Positions 22,095 through 32,085 of a DNA stretch of 64,000 bases are shown one piece after another. The notes below the pieces were generated by a model. The model saw only the letters and a list, made by a program, of their open reading frames with translations, ran no database searches and was not told the DNA's origin. Both the position numbers and the translations under genes were made by a program. Location: IMG/VR virus record IMGVR_UViG_3300047157_000174, positions 32,095 through 96,094 of that record; one strand, 5' to 3'. Source of the DNA: a virus. Every line of letters begins with the position of its first letter. The first letter of the stretch is position 1.

Positions 22095-22370
22095 TCAACT
22101 CCATGTGCAAGAGTATGAACCGCCCGAACCTGTTAGAATTGCAGTTATTCCTGTACCCATTGACCTATTGTGCATATCAAATTCTATTGTGCTATTAGCA
22201 GTTAGAATTAATCTAGCAACCTCATCTGCTGAACCAACAGATGTATTGTTATGGTCGTATATTTTTAATGTAGCAGTTCCGGTAGAACAAAAATGGATGC
22301 TTGTTAATTTGCACCTGCCATCATTTACTACTGCACTTGCAGTTTTTACAGGACTACCTGCGGAAACCAT
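22095..22370 (-). CDS. Small beta-rich protein, possible capsid decoration
   Basis: Close to the MCP; ATLKIYD...IEFD...GI beta-sandwich pattern. Confidence 0.45.
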   Translation of the reverse strand: MVSAGSPVKTASAVVNDGRCKLTSIHFCSTGTATLKIYDHNNTSVGSADEVARLILTANSTIEFDMHNRSMGTGITAILTGSGGSYSCTWS

Positions 22371-22825
22371 TACTTCACTTCCTTTTTAGTAGTAGTCTTT
22401 TTTGCAGGGGTTTTCTTTTTTGCAGGGGTTTTCTTAGCGGCAGGTTTTTTCTCTATTACTTTTTCTTCCTTCGGCAATATAGTTTCAGTTACAGTATCCA
22501 CAACATTTTCTACTGCTGCTTCAACCTTTTTCTTTACAGGAGTTTTTGCTTTCTTAGGATATAATATATCAAGAATATCTCCCTCAACACCTAAGTGCCT
22601 ACGAATTGCTTTTACTCTATTTTCCGGTAAGTTTGCAATATCCTTTTTATCATCTTCTGTAAAGTCTATTTCTATTGATTCATCTCCTAAATACAATGCT
22701 GCGATTCTTGCAGGTACTTCGCAAGGAGCATTTGCATTAATGGAATACAGTGTTTCCCCTGCCCCTCTTATTACTAGTTCGCCATTTCTATGTGTTTTCA
22801 ATTTTACTAAAGCCATAATTATCAA
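22370..22825 (-). CDS. Hypothetical protein with Lys-rich PAKK tail
   Basis: Directly after the MCP; KKPAAKKTPAKKKTPAKK repeats. Confidence 0.6.
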   Translation of the reverse strand: MIIMALVKLKTHRNGELVIRGAGETLYSINANAPCEVPARIAALYLGDESIEIDFTEDDKKDIANLPENRVKAIRRHLGVEGDILDILYPKKAKTPVKKKVEAAVENVVDTVTETILPKEEKVIEKKPAAKKTPAKKKTPAKKTTTKKEVK

Positions 22826-22839
22826 CCCTTTTTTATAGG

Positions 22840-22881
22840 GTAGTAATCCCTACCCCGATACTTCGGAGTAGAGACTACTAC
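22840..22881 (-). terminator. Hairpin downstream of major capsid gene
   Basis: Inverted repeat GTAGTA..TC.CTAC / GTAG.GA.TACTAC in the short intergenic gap after the MCP stop. Confidence 0.45.
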
Positions 22882-22909
22882 TTTACGTTTTCACTTATTA
22901 CCAAGTACC

Positions 22910-24313
22910 TTAAGCACTCTTTAGGTTTGTAATTTTACCTTGTCCCTTGAAGAAAGAACAGCAAGTTTCTCCCATAGTGCGGTACATTCCTTGATTTCCA
23001 AGTTTACCAACACCGAATGGGTTTCCACTAGTAATACCATCTTCGAAGTATTGTGTAGGTTTCATTACAGATAGCCATAGGTGGTCGGTATCTAGAACTA
23101 ATATATCACTAATTCTGTTAGATGTGGACTTACCTGTTGACGGCATATCTTTAGCAGGGATGATTGGTATGTCATAGTATGTTGCAACTCTGAAACCAAC
23201 TTCTTGACCCTTGACACCACGAACACCATTATGGGAAGGAACGATTTCTTTCCTATCCATAAATCTCTCTTGTGATTGTAGTAAATCGGAGATTTTCTGA
23301 ATGGTATCGTATCCTGTAATGATAACTTTAGGGTTTCCACCGTTAGTACGGATTCTTCTAATCATATCATTAAGAATACTTAGTGTTAGAACTCTACATT
23401 CACCTGATGTATAACCTGCACCGAAATCAACTTCTGCATCTAGGAAAGATGGAACACCTGTGTAGGTATATGCTCCACTTCCTCCTGATGTGTTAACAGT
23501 AACAGTTCTAGTTGAACCAAAGATAGTAGTAGCATCAGCAAGTTGTGCTGCTGTACCGTTATTTGTTTGGTTGTGGTAGAATACGTCATCATCGGCCATA
23601 GTTGCAATTTCAACAGCAGAAGAAACTATCTTCATCAAAGAAGTGTAGTTCTTCTCAATACCAGTAGTACCGTTCTCTGAGTATTTCTCAAGAGGCATAA
23701 CTAACATTTTGCTCTGAACCTCTGCGTGTAATTTACCCATGTCTTCTCTTACAATAGCACGAATATCACCAACACCATCATCTATTGCAGCCATTTCCAT
23801 TCCTAGTTCTGAGAACTCGAATAGATGTGCAATAGTCTTAGGGCTAACATATAGTTTAGTATATTCAGGAGCAATTGCTCTGAAACCATCTGCACCACCT
23901 AATGTTGCGTTTTCTCCAACACCACCAATTTGGTCTGCTCTAGGAGTTGCTGCATCTGCTGATGAAATACTAGCGGTAACTGCATTAGTACCTGTACCGA
24001 ATGCTGCGTCACTACCACCAATAGGTCGTGATTTCAGAACTCTCCATCCACTAGATGTGTATGGTCTCTTAGCAAGCATTGCTAGAGGGTTTACTTCTTG
24101 GTTTAATACAGACCAAACTTTCTGTCCATATAGTAGGTTGTACAAATCACCTAGACCTGCTGCACCCGTAAATGCATTAGCACTAGTATCGTGAGGAGTA
24201 CCGAAACCACCTACAACTCCACCTGCTTTAAGCAAGGCATTGCCGCTTCCTGTTCCGCCATATCCGTATGTTGCTGCTTCTAAATCTTTCATTGTTTTAA
24301 TATATCCACTCAT
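22910..24313 (-). CDS. Major capsid protein (HK97 fold)
   Basis: Follows the prohead protease; LYGQKVW..LNQE, IRTNGGNPKVIITGY and VATYYDIPII motifs resemble archaeal head-tail virus MCPs. Confidence 0.9.
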   Translation of the reverse strand: MSGYIKTMKDLEAATYGYGGTGSGNALLKAGGVVGGFGTPHDTSANAFTGAAGLGDLYNLLYGQKVWSVLNQEVNPLAMLAKRPYTSSGWRVLKSRPIGGSDAAFGTGTNAVTASISSADAATPRADQIGGVGENATLGGADGFRAIAPEYTKLYVSPKTIAHLFEFSELGMEMAAIDDGVGDIRAIVREDMGKLHAEVQSKMLVMPLEKYSENGTTGIEKNYTSLMKIVSSAVEIATMADDDVFYHNQTNNGTAAQLADATTIFGSTRTVTVNTSGGSGAYTYTGVPSFLDAEVDFGAGYTSGECRVLTLSILNDMIRRIRTNGGNPKVIITGYDTIQKISDLLQSQERFMDRKEIVPSHNGVRGVKGQEVGFRVATYYDIPIIPAKDMPSTGKSTSNRISDILVLDTDHLWLSVMKPTQYFEDGITSGNPFGVGKLGNQGMYRTMGETCCSFFKGQGKITNLKSA

Positions 24314-24325
24314 AATTTCACTTCC

Positions 24326-25510
24326 TTAATTTCCCCTCACAAGAGAATGTACGTCATCCCAAGTCATATTGGCTGCTGCCTCTAAACTTGTAGGTATTCC
24401 TTCCGGTAATGCCATTGACATTTCCGCGCTCTTGCGAATTGTTTCGTCTTTCTCTGATAGAGATTTTCGTAGTAGAGCAAACTCTTCTTTTAGTGCTGCT
24501 ACATCTGTTCTAGCATCGTATGATGCGGATTCTGCTGCTGATTTCTTAACTGCAAGTTCTTCTGAAAGTCTTGCTTCAAATTGCTTAGAAAGATTATCGT
24601 ATGCAAGTTTTTCCATCTGCTCTGCTTTGAATTGTGCATATGCTTTCTCAACATTTTCTGCACTTAGGTTAAGAGTACTAAAGTCCGAAGCCTCTAAGCC
24701 TTCACTCTTTAGTTCAGTAGGTGCAGCAGTAGGCTTACCGCCACTTACTACTAATTCACCTGCTTCGTAGTCTCTAGTTGAATCTTCATCAAGAGCCTTC
24801 TCTTCCATTTCAGATTCATCCATAGATTCTTTTTCCATTTCCTCATCATCATCGGCATCCATATATGCCATTTCATTCTTCGTTACTTCGTCATATTTTC
24901 CTTCCTCTCCGAGTCCGTTAACTTGTTTCATCAAGTCATTCAACTCTTCGAGTGCTTTTTCCAACTTCTCACTCATTGTTTTATCCTCCATTTTTAAAAT
25001 GTCGAATTTTGCTTCGGGATTAATCCCCTTTTCACAGATAGTTACTTCGTGTAACTCCAATCTGTCTATCTCATTGTATTCACCGAACTCATCCGATGTT
25101 TTTTGTTTCTTAGAAATCGCTTGACCTCCAATACTAAAAGAACGTAAAGTTCCTTTTCTAATACTTCTTGAAATTTCTTTTGCTTTTTCTATGTCATCTC
25201 TTAATTTAATAACAACATAAAACCCTACATCATCTACTCCTGTCTTGTGTAGAGTACCATTAGTATCTCTATACTTTTCAATGACTTCTCCTACCTGTAC
25301 ATTAGAATGATTAGACATAACATTCCTATATTTCTTTTCAGACATATATTTTTCAACTGCTTCATCTAACGCCTTCAATGTAATTAAATCATTTTGCTTA
25401 TCTACAATTTCTATTGAAGCATAGCCTCCAATAACTAAATCATCAGACTTGAGAATAGTAAACTCATGTTCTTTATCTACTTGCATTAAAATAGATGGCT
25501 GCATGAGCAT
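24326..25510 (-). CDS. Prohead protease fused to scaffold
   Basis: IGGYAS..VDKQND, NHSN, SFSIGG, LHEVT..GINPEA (HK97/U35 protease); acidic coiled-coil C-terminus. Confidence 0.92.
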   Translation of the reverse strand: MLMQPSILMQVDKEHEFTILKSDDLVIGGYASIEIVDKQNDLITLKALDEAVEKYMSEKKYRNVMSNHSNVQVGEVIEKYRDTNGTLHKTGVDDVGFYVVIKLRDDIEKAKEISRSIRKGTLRSFSIGGQAISKKQKTSDEFGEYNEIDRLELHEVTICEKGINPEAKFDILKMEDKTMSEKLEKALEELNDLMKQVNGLGEEGKYDEVTKNEMAYMDADDDEEMEKESMDESEMEEKALDEDSTRDYEAGELVVSGGKPTAAPTELKSEGLEASDFSTLNLSAENVEKAYAQFKAEQMEKLAYDNLSKQFEARLSEELAVKKSAAESASYDARTDVAALKEEFALLRKSLSEKDETIRKSAEMSMALPEGIPTSLEAAANMTWDDVHSLVRGN

Positions 25511-25543
25511 TATTTTTTTGTCTTTTTAGTTTTACTATATTAA

Positions 25544-28153
25544 CTAATCGTTAATTTTAGGTGGAAATTCTAAATTGGAATATTTATCCTCTTGAATATT
25601 CCAAACATCTACGTCATCTTCATCCTTCAACATATCTTGTTTTTTACCTGTCCAAACTATCCATGTTTTTTTCTCATTAAGAGGCACTACTCTAACGTGT
25701 ATTCTAGTGTCGAACTTATCTCCTTCTAATTTATATTCATGGTAGCCATCCTTTTGGACTCCTAGAATAACATTTCCCTTGTCTATAACTTTACCACCGT
25801 TTATTTTTTCTGCTACAATAGCAGGGTATTTATTCGATTTACCAAATAAATTATACACATCATCAGTATCTTCAATGTCTATTAACCAAGCAAACCGTTT
25901 TTTCTTATAATCAATTATAAAATTAAGATTGCCGTCTTCTTGTTTAGTTATTGTAAACTCGCCCGTTCTAGATTCTTCTTTATGAATAACCATATCATCT
26001 GTATCTTTTTCTAAAACTTCTTCGTTAGACATGAAAGTATTAGGGTGTTTGTAAATGAACGAATCTTGTTTTTTCATCCAATTCATTAATTTAGATTCGA
26101 GTGAATCAAAAAGACTTTGGTATAAATCCATATGATTTTTTCTAACAAATAGTAATATTTTATCAAACTCTAGAGCATCTTTACCACTATCTAATATTTC
26201 ATTACGAATTGATATTCTTAATTCGGAACGTTTACTTTTTATTAATTGATTTAATTCTTCTTTCCACAAATCAATATTATGCAGAGCATTTTTCTCCATT
26301 AAATTATCGCCCTCAAATCCATATAAAGTATAGCCTTCTAAATTTTCCTTTAATATTATTTCAGCAACACCGTGCGTATCATCTGTAATATAATATCCTT
26401 TCTTAAGTTTTTTAGGTTTTACTAAATCGGATTCCATACCACTCATAATTCTAAATGGCTTAGGAACTTTACCTGCAAGACCCTGTACTAAAGTGCTAAG
26501 AGATTTCTTACTTTTGCTTGCTAATTTTTCTAAAGTAGCAATATTATCAGATTGTGTTACTTCCGGTATTTCTATTACTTTAGCAGAATACAAACTGAAT
26601 CCGTTTTTCTTCTTAGTTACTTCATCAACTTTAACTCTAACAATAGAGCCTATGTCAACATTTATTTTTGTGTTGAGAGCCTTACCAACTTCTAAATATG
26701 CTTTATCTTCATAATCAACAGTAGAATAGTTTCTAGCAACTTCTGCTGTAACAGGGCCGATTCCCATAGTATAAGAATGTAGATTACTTTTTGTCTTTCT
26801 ATCGTTTAATACCACTACATCTAAATCAACAAATTTTTTCCACTTAATCCACTTTGGATTTTTTCTATTTCCTATGTAATATGTAGATTCAATGTCTTTG
26901 ATAACCACACCTTCTGACGCAGGTAGTTTCATAATATCTTGAGAATAGTTTTCAACTTCTTTCTTTGAATCTGCTATTCTAGTATCTTTCTTAGATGGGA
27001 ATGCTAGTTTTTCTGAGGAATGTTGAGCGTATTGATATAATAAAATATTAATTCTTTCTCTTAATGGAGTATCTGTAATATCTTTACCTTCGTGTAACAT
27101 AATATCAAAAACGTGAGCCTTCAATGTGCCTTCTGTTTTTTTGTGGAATACATGAGTGATAGTATCTGCTCGGTGTAACGGTTCATCTTCCATAAACAAC
27201 ATTAATTCTGCATCTAAAATACAATCTCCAAACTGTTTCTTTTCCATATGCTTAACTTGTTCTGAACATTTAGAAGTAATATCCTTTTGATTAAAGGAAT
27301 ATATTTTAACTTCATCATTGAACTTGTGTATTTGTATTCTCATACCATCGTATTTTTCTTGAACAACAAACTCTCCCGTTAACCCCTTAATGTCATCTAA
27401 ATCATCTATCTCGAAAATCCGATACATTGGTTTGTTAGGTTTAATAAAATCTATACCTGCTTTTTTTTCTTGTTCATCATCTGCCTTTGAAATGTCTAAT
27501 TCTAATAATGAATCCCATTGTTCTTCATTATATTTTTCTAGATATATTTTTTCTAATTGTTTAAATCCCTTTTTACATTTAGATTCTATTCTTCTGTTAT
27601 CAGAATCTTCATCACCATAATGTTCCAATATGTAAATAGGTACATCTTTAGGTTCTAAGTCTAACCCCATATATCCCTGCGTTATTTCATCGGGTTTCAT
27701 ACCATGTGCTTTCCAAGATTTTTCCGGTATAGTATTAGCATGAGACCTTACAGCATAATGAATAAATGCTAATAACATTGATTCATTTTTTAGAAACTCT
27801 TTGATTACATTATCTCCTAATTGTTTAGAAAAAGGGTCTGATATTTTATCTGATTTAAACCTAAGATTTTTTACTCCTTCATATATTTCCTTTGCCTGTC
27901 TTGAAGTAGGGTCATATGCCTCATCGGAAAAAGCAGTATCTTCTTTTAGATGTCTTTTCAATTCTCTAGTAAAATCTCCCAAAGAATCATATTGGTCTCT
28001 TACTTCTTTAACTGTTTTTTTCCATTTATTTCCATACTCGGAAGGATTCTCTTTTGCAGAAAGATATGAATATCTTACCCTTTCAAAAAAGTCTAGAACT
28101 CTTTTAGTTAAAGAACTCTTTTCCTTTTCAAATAAAAGTCCTGTTTGTGGCAT
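25544..28153 (-). CDS. lig: ATP-dependent DNA ligase with N- and C-terminal extensions
   Basis: Motif I EKYDGMR, ILDAE, VFD, EGVVIK and KWIKWK, then an OB domain. Confidence 0.92.
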   Translation of the reverse strand: MPQTGLLFEKEKSSLTKRVLDFFERVRYSYLSAKENPSEYGNKWKKTVKEVRDQYDSLGDFTRELKRHLKEDTAFSDEAYDPTSRQAKEIYEGVKNLRFKSDKISDPFSKQLGDNVIKEFLKNESMLLAFIHYAVRSHANTIPEKSWKAHGMKPDEITQGYMGLDLEPKDVPIYILEHYGDEDSDNRRIESKCKKGFKQLEKIYLEKYNEEQWDSLLELDISKADDEQEKKAGIDFIKPNKPMYRIFEIDDLDDIKGLTGEFVVQEKYDGMRIQIHKFNDEVKIYSFNQKDITSKCSEQVKHMEKKQFGDCILDAELMLFMEDEPLHRADTITHVFHKKTEGTLKAHVFDIMLHEGKDITDTPLRERINILLYQYAQHSSEKLAFPSKKDTRIADSKKEVENYSQDIMKLPASEGVVIKDIESTYYIGNRKNPKWIKWKKFVDLDVVVLNDRKTKSNLHSYTMGIGPVTAEVARNYSTVDYEDKAYLEVGKALNTKINVDIGSIVRVKVDEVTKKKNGFSLYSAKVIEIPEVTQSDNIATLEKLASKSKKSLSTLVQGLAGKVPKPFRIMSGMESDLVKPKKLKKGYYITDDTHGVAEIILKENLEGYTLYGFEGDNLMEKNALHNIDLWKEELNQLIKSKRSELRISIRNEILDSGKDALEFDKILLFVRKNHMDLYQSLFDSLESKLMNWMKKQDSFIYKHPNTFMSNEEVLEKDTDDMVIHKEESRTGEFTITKQEDGNLNFIIDYKKKRFAWLIDIEDTDDVYNLFGKSNKYPAIVAEKINGGKVIDKGNVILGVQKDGYHEYKLEGDKFDTRIHVRVVPLNEKKTWIVWTGKKQDMLKDEDDVDVWNIQEDKYSNLEFPPKIND

Positions 28154-28163
28154 ACTACCTCAC

Positions 28164-28379
28164 TCAGTTAGAATCTTTCTTTTCTTTTCCTTCTATATTA
28201 CTAGTTTTAGGTAGCGGCACTTCTTTAGGATTTTCTTTAGGTCTTTTCACTTTAACTTCTTCACCTGTTAATGGTTCATCTATTTCCATTGTATTTACAT
28301 TAGCCTCTTGTAATACTTCCTTTGCTTTAGCGATTGCTAGTTCTAATAATTTCTCTTCTCTTGTTACTTTTTCCGGCAT
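28164..28379 (-). CDS. Hypothetical protein
   Basis: ATG at 28379 with a GGAG SD (MPEKVTREEK...). Confidence 0.6.
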   Translation of the reverse strand: MPEKVTREEKLLELAIAKAKEVLQEANVNTMEIDEPLTGEEVKVKRPKENPKEVPLPKTSNIEGKEKKDSN

Positions 28380-28381
28380 AC

Positions 28382-28612
28382 TTATCTCTCCATAGTAGTT
28401 ACTAGTTCGTGTATGTCTTCCCAAGCCATACTCTTTTTGATAGTATTATCCATTGGAATATTATTACTATCCATTCTAGGAGAAGGGGAATCCACCACAA
28501 CTAATCCTGATTTCATAAGTAGGTTATCTTTGTGATAAACTGCTTGTTCTAAATGTTTCACTTTAGATACCAATTCTTTCAATAACATTAACATTTCACT
28601 ATCTTCACTCAT
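28382..28612 (-). CDS. Small scaffold-like protein
   Basis: Coiled coil; C-terminal MAWEDIHELV matches the protease/scaffold C-terminus MTWDDVHSLV. Confidence 0.55.
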   Translation of the reverse strand: MSEDSEMLMLLKELVSKVKHLEQAVYHKDNLLMKSGLVVVDSPSPRMDSNNIPMDNTIKKSMAWEDIHELVTTMER

Positions 28613-28681
28613 ACAAACCATTCCTAATTAATAACGCTACTAGTTCTTCTCTTAATAAAGTTTTAAGTTCTGCTTTCATAT

Positions 28682-28834
28682 TCATCTCTTACTCACCATC
28701 TCTTCAACTGCCTGTTTTAAATCATCTATAATTTTTCTAAGTTTCATTCTAAAAGTCAAAGGAATTTCCATAGTGCTTATAGTTTCTATAATTGTTTTTA
28801 ATGTTTGAATTGTTCTTTGGTCGTATTTTGTCAT
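28682..28834 (-). CDS. Small hypothetical protein (50 aa)
   Basis: Manual translation MTKYDQRTIQ...EMVSKR*, preceded by AGGTGATTTAGA. Confidence 0.55.
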   Translation of the reverse strand: MTKYDQRTIQTLKTIIETISTMEIPLTFRMKLRKIIDDLKQAVEEMVSKR

Positions 28835-28845
28835 TCTAAATCACC

Positions 28846-29169
28846 TCAATAATAATCCCACGCTAAGTATTTTCTTGTTAACTTACCTCTTTTATCGAAC
28901 TTATAAGTAGCAACTGTATATTCTGGAATAGGTTCACCATCATCTATACCAACATCAAGATAATATGCCTCATCTTCATCAAGATAACTTATATCAAGAA
29001 TGTAGTCTTTTAATTCATCTACATCATAACTTTTTTCCCTTAATTCTTCTAATTTGGTTTCATTGTAATCATCTTCGCCAAATATATGTTGATTAAAGAA
29101 ATCATCTACTGCTTTATCTAATTTCTTCGGATGCAATCTTTTTATTTTTAGTATATCTTCCCAACTCAT
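28846..29169 (-). CDS. W-tag hypothetical protein (MSWEDILK)
   Basis: ORF with SD and shared N-terminal motif. Confidence 0.7.
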   Translation of the reverse strand: MSWEDILKIKRLHPKKLDKAVDDFFNQHIFGEDDYNETKLEELREKSYDVDELKDYILDISYLDEDEAYYLDVGIDDGEPIPEYTVATYKFDKRGKLTRKYLAWDYY

Positions 29170-29185
29170 TCTAAATCACTCCACA

Positions 29186-29455
29186 TTACCTAATCTGACT
29201 TTTATTGATACCTACACCTCTGACGGTGAATTTCGCTGTCTCTCTAGGTCTATCTTTTGTTCCCATTAGACATCTAACAAAAATAGGCAGGTCAAAACCA
29301 AGAACAGGTTGTGAGGAAGAGGAATAAATAACGTCGGATTTAACACCAAACTTCTCATCTATCATTTTCATGATATCTTCTAAATCCCCCTCTTCTCCTA
29401 TCAGTTCCTCTAACTCTGCCATTACATCTTTCTTTAGTATATCTTCCCAACTCAT
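29186..29455 (-). CDS. W-tag hypothetical protein (MSWEDILK)
   Basis: ORF with shared N-terminal motif. Confidence 0.7.
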   Translation of the reverse strand: MSWEDILKKDVMAELEELIGEEGDLEDIMKMIDEKFGVKSDVIYSSSSQPVLGFDLPIFVRCLMGTKDRPRETAKFTVRGVGINKSQIR

Positions 29456-29778
29456 TCTAAATCCCCCTTACTCTTTGGATAAACCAAGTCTCGTATTTGC
29501 CGATACAAAGTTTCGTAATCTTTTCTAAGTTCTGCTGCTGATGAAACTATTTCTAGATTCTTTTCATCAAAGCCCTCGAACTTTTTTTGAAGTCTTTTAT
29601 CAGACTTAATTAAGTCTAATTTTTTCATCTCATCTAACAGGTCTGAAAGATGTGTCATCTCTTGACCCATGTATTCAGTAGGCTGAGTTTTTTGAAGAAG
29701 TTTCTTAAGTTTCTTCTTTTGTTTAGCATCAATTTTTTCTAAAATTGAAGGTGATTTTAGTATTTCTTTCCAACTCAT
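29452..29778 (-). CDS. W-tag hypothetical protein (MSWKEILK)
   Basis: Helical ORF with shared N-terminal motif. Confidence 0.7.
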   Translation of the reverse strand: MSWKEILKSPSILEKIDAKQKKKLKKLLQKTQPTEYMGQEMTHLSDLLDEMKKLDLIKSDKRLQKKFEGFDEKNLEIVSSAAELRKDYETLYRQIRDLVYPKSKGDLE

Positions 29779-29828
29779 ACTCAACCACTTTGTTTATCCG
29801 TTCCTACAACTAGTTTATCAAATTATCT

Positions 29829-31667
29829 TTATTCTTTATTTTTCTTAGAAGTAATGTTGTTGCCAAATGTTTTATCGGCAAGTTGCCTTGCTTCTTCCGA
29901 TGTTATCTTAGATTTAGATTTATATTTCTTTTTTCTTCGTCTATATTTACCTGTATCTAATTTTGGTAATTTTTTCCTAGCCTCTTTCTGTTCCTTATTA
30001 TTAGGTTTAATAGTAAATTTATCTCCATTTAACCGTCTTAATTTGGTCTCTTCTACTTCCTCCATATATTCATCAGAAGGAATAAATGAAGACAATTCTT
30101 TAGGGTCATATTCTTTTTTTGGTTTTCTTTCATTAGGCATTGTTTTATATTCTTCAACATTTATTCTTTCACCAAAAGGTCTAGGGGGAAGTTTAAGTTT
30201 TGTCTGTCTGAGTCCATAATCAGAAAGCCAATCTCTTCCAGTTCTTTCTAGTTCCTTTATGTCTTCTTGAGAAATGCTATCAAAGGTAAATTTGTCTTGA
30301 TGTATCTTCTTCTTCGGTGAGTTTGTTTGTTTAGGTTTAGTTTCTTTAAATTTAGTTCTTTGAGAATATTCTGCTTTATCTGAACCGAGTTTGAGTTTGT
30401 AAGGTAGTATATTTTTCTCAACAAGTTCGATGTATGTCTTCATTAAATTTTCTATTTCTTTATTTTGTACTTCTCTATCCTCGAAAAACTTTAAAGTTTT
30501 ATCTGAATATTCATCTGAATACTTATCTTCTTCGGACAAACCTTCTTTTTCTTTCAAAAAATCTCCAAGTGTTTTTGTTAATGATTCAAGTTTTTCCTTT
30601 ATATCCCTTTCAATGTTTTCCATTTCGGCATCTTGTTCAAAAATTCTTTTTACATCTTTTCCTTCTGAATTATCTGCAATACTATCAGAAATTCTATTTC
30701 TTAAATTTACATAAACTTCAAATTTATTTTCAACCTTTGTAAGATTTTTTATTTCAGCACTTATTTTTATAAGTTCTTCATTTATGTTCGCTTTAAAATC
30801 CTTTTCTCTTTGTTCAGCGTTTTCATCAACAACAAGGTTTCCCTCTCCCGATGGTGATTGTGTTCTTCTAAACGATTGAGGATTCTCTAGTTTTTTCTTG
30901 TATAGATTTCTTAATAAATCCATTTTTTCTTCCGGTAAGAATAGACTAGAATCAAGAACAACCCCCCTCGTACTCATATAGTCTAAATCTTTTTGTAAAT
31001 TACTAAGACTTCTAGCAGATATTCTATACGAAGGTACTTTACTTATCTTAGCCATAACGTCTAATGCATTATTCAAATACACAATTATTTCGAAATTAGA
31101 TTCTAATGTATCTTTAGCCTCAGATAATACCTTACTACCTTGCAATCTAGTGTCTTCTCTAATATCATCTTCCAAAATCGCAATTCTAGAAATTAATTCT
31201 AAAACTAAAAATTTATTTTCTGAATTGAACAGAATAGATATTTCAGAATCTTTCATAGCATCTAATAAAGATTCGGGATTCGATGTGCTTAATCTTTTAA
31301 TAATAGGTTTTAATTCTGTTAATTTAGAATCATATTTAAAATTAATATAATTATTGAATGCTTCTCTATTTGGGTTTTTAGTGGCATACTTATTTTTCTG
31401 TTTAATACCTAACTTTTTAAACAAACGATATAATTTTTTTTCATTGTTATCTCTGTCTGCTTCAATTAATTCACTATATCGTTTAGGTAGAATACCACCT
31501 CTTAAAAAATAATTATTTAAGTCTTTATACAAATTTCTAAGAAGTTTTTCTTTCTCTTCATCTAGAGAATCTTTGTTTAATATTTCCTTAAACAACCTTA
31601 GTTCTTTTTTTAATTTAGATTCTTTATCGTCCCTTTTTTTATTTTTTAAAATATCCATGAACGACAT
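29829..31667 (-). CDS. Large charged protein with tag variant (MSFMDILK)
   Basis: 612 aa, GGAGG SD, K/E-rich. Confidence 0.7.
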   Translation of the reverse strand: MSFMDILKNKKRDDKESKLKKELRLFKEILNKDSLDEEKEKLLRNLYKDLNNYFLRGGILPKRYSELIEADRDNNEKKLYRLFKKLGIKQKNKYATKNPNREAFNNYINFKYDSKLTELKPIIKRLSTSNPESLLDAMKDSEISILFNSENKFLVLELISRIAILEDDIREDTRLQGSKVLSEAKDTLESNFEIIVYLNNALDVMAKISKVPSYRISARSLSNLQKDLDYMSTRGVVLDSSLFLPEEKMDLLRNLYKKKLENPQSFRRTQSPSGEGNLVVDENAEQREKDFKANINEELIKISAEIKNLTKVENKFEVYVNLRNRISDSIADNSEGKDVKRIFEQDAEMENIERDIKEKLESLTKTLGDFLKEKEGLSEEDKYSDEYSDKTLKFFEDREVQNKEIENLMKTYIELVEKNILPYKLKLGSDKAEYSQRTKFKETKPKQTNSPKKKIHQDKFTFDSISQEDIKELERTGRDWLSDYGLRQTKLKLPPRPFGERINVEEYKTMPNERKPKKEYDPKELSSFIPSDEYMEEVEETKLRRLNGDKFTIKPNNKEQKEARKKLPKLDTGKYRRRKKKYKSKSKITSEEARQLADKTFGNNITSKKNKE

Positions 31668-31679
31668 AATCTAACCTCC

Positions 31680-31910
31680 TTAGAATGGTATATTTTCACT
31701 ACGCATATTCTTTCTTTTAGGAGTTATCATAACGTCAGGAATATTACTAGGTGCATCATCAGTTTTATTTTTTAATGTTGTACTTGGGTCAACACCTACA
31801 ACAGAATAATCCCTACTAATAGTAACATTATTCTTCTGCTCTGCACCTTCTTTAATTCTCGCTTGCTTTAATTCTCTTTCTAATTGTCTTACACTTTTTT
31901 CTTCACTCAT
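31680..31910 (-). CDS. Hypothetical protein
   Basis: GGTGA SD then MSEEKSVRQLE. Confidence 0.65.
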   Translation of the reverse strand: MSEEKSVRQLERELKQARIKEGAEQKNNVTISRDYSVVGVDPSTTLKNKTDDAPSNIPDVMITPKRKNMRSENIPF

Positions 31911-32079
31911 CTTTTTCACCTCTTACTTTTTTATTTCTAGCCATTATTTCTGCTAATAAATCTGCTTCGTTTTTCTTTGTTCTTTCTGCCGCTTCCTCAT
32001 CTTGGGGAAGTTTGGAAGCAGTAGTTGAAACTCTATCCATAGGAGTTTTATTTTTCTTGAATATATCTTTCCAACTCAT
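31903..32079 (-). CDS. W-tag small protein (MSWKDIFK, 58 aa)
   Basis: Manual translation MSWKDIFKKNKTPMDRV...GEKDE*, below the track length cutoff; preceded by the repeat. Confidence 0.65.
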   Translation of the reverse strand: MSWKDIFKKNKTPMDRVSTTASKLPQDEEAAERTKKNEADLLAEIMARNKKVRGEKDE

Positions 32080-32085
32080 TCTAAA

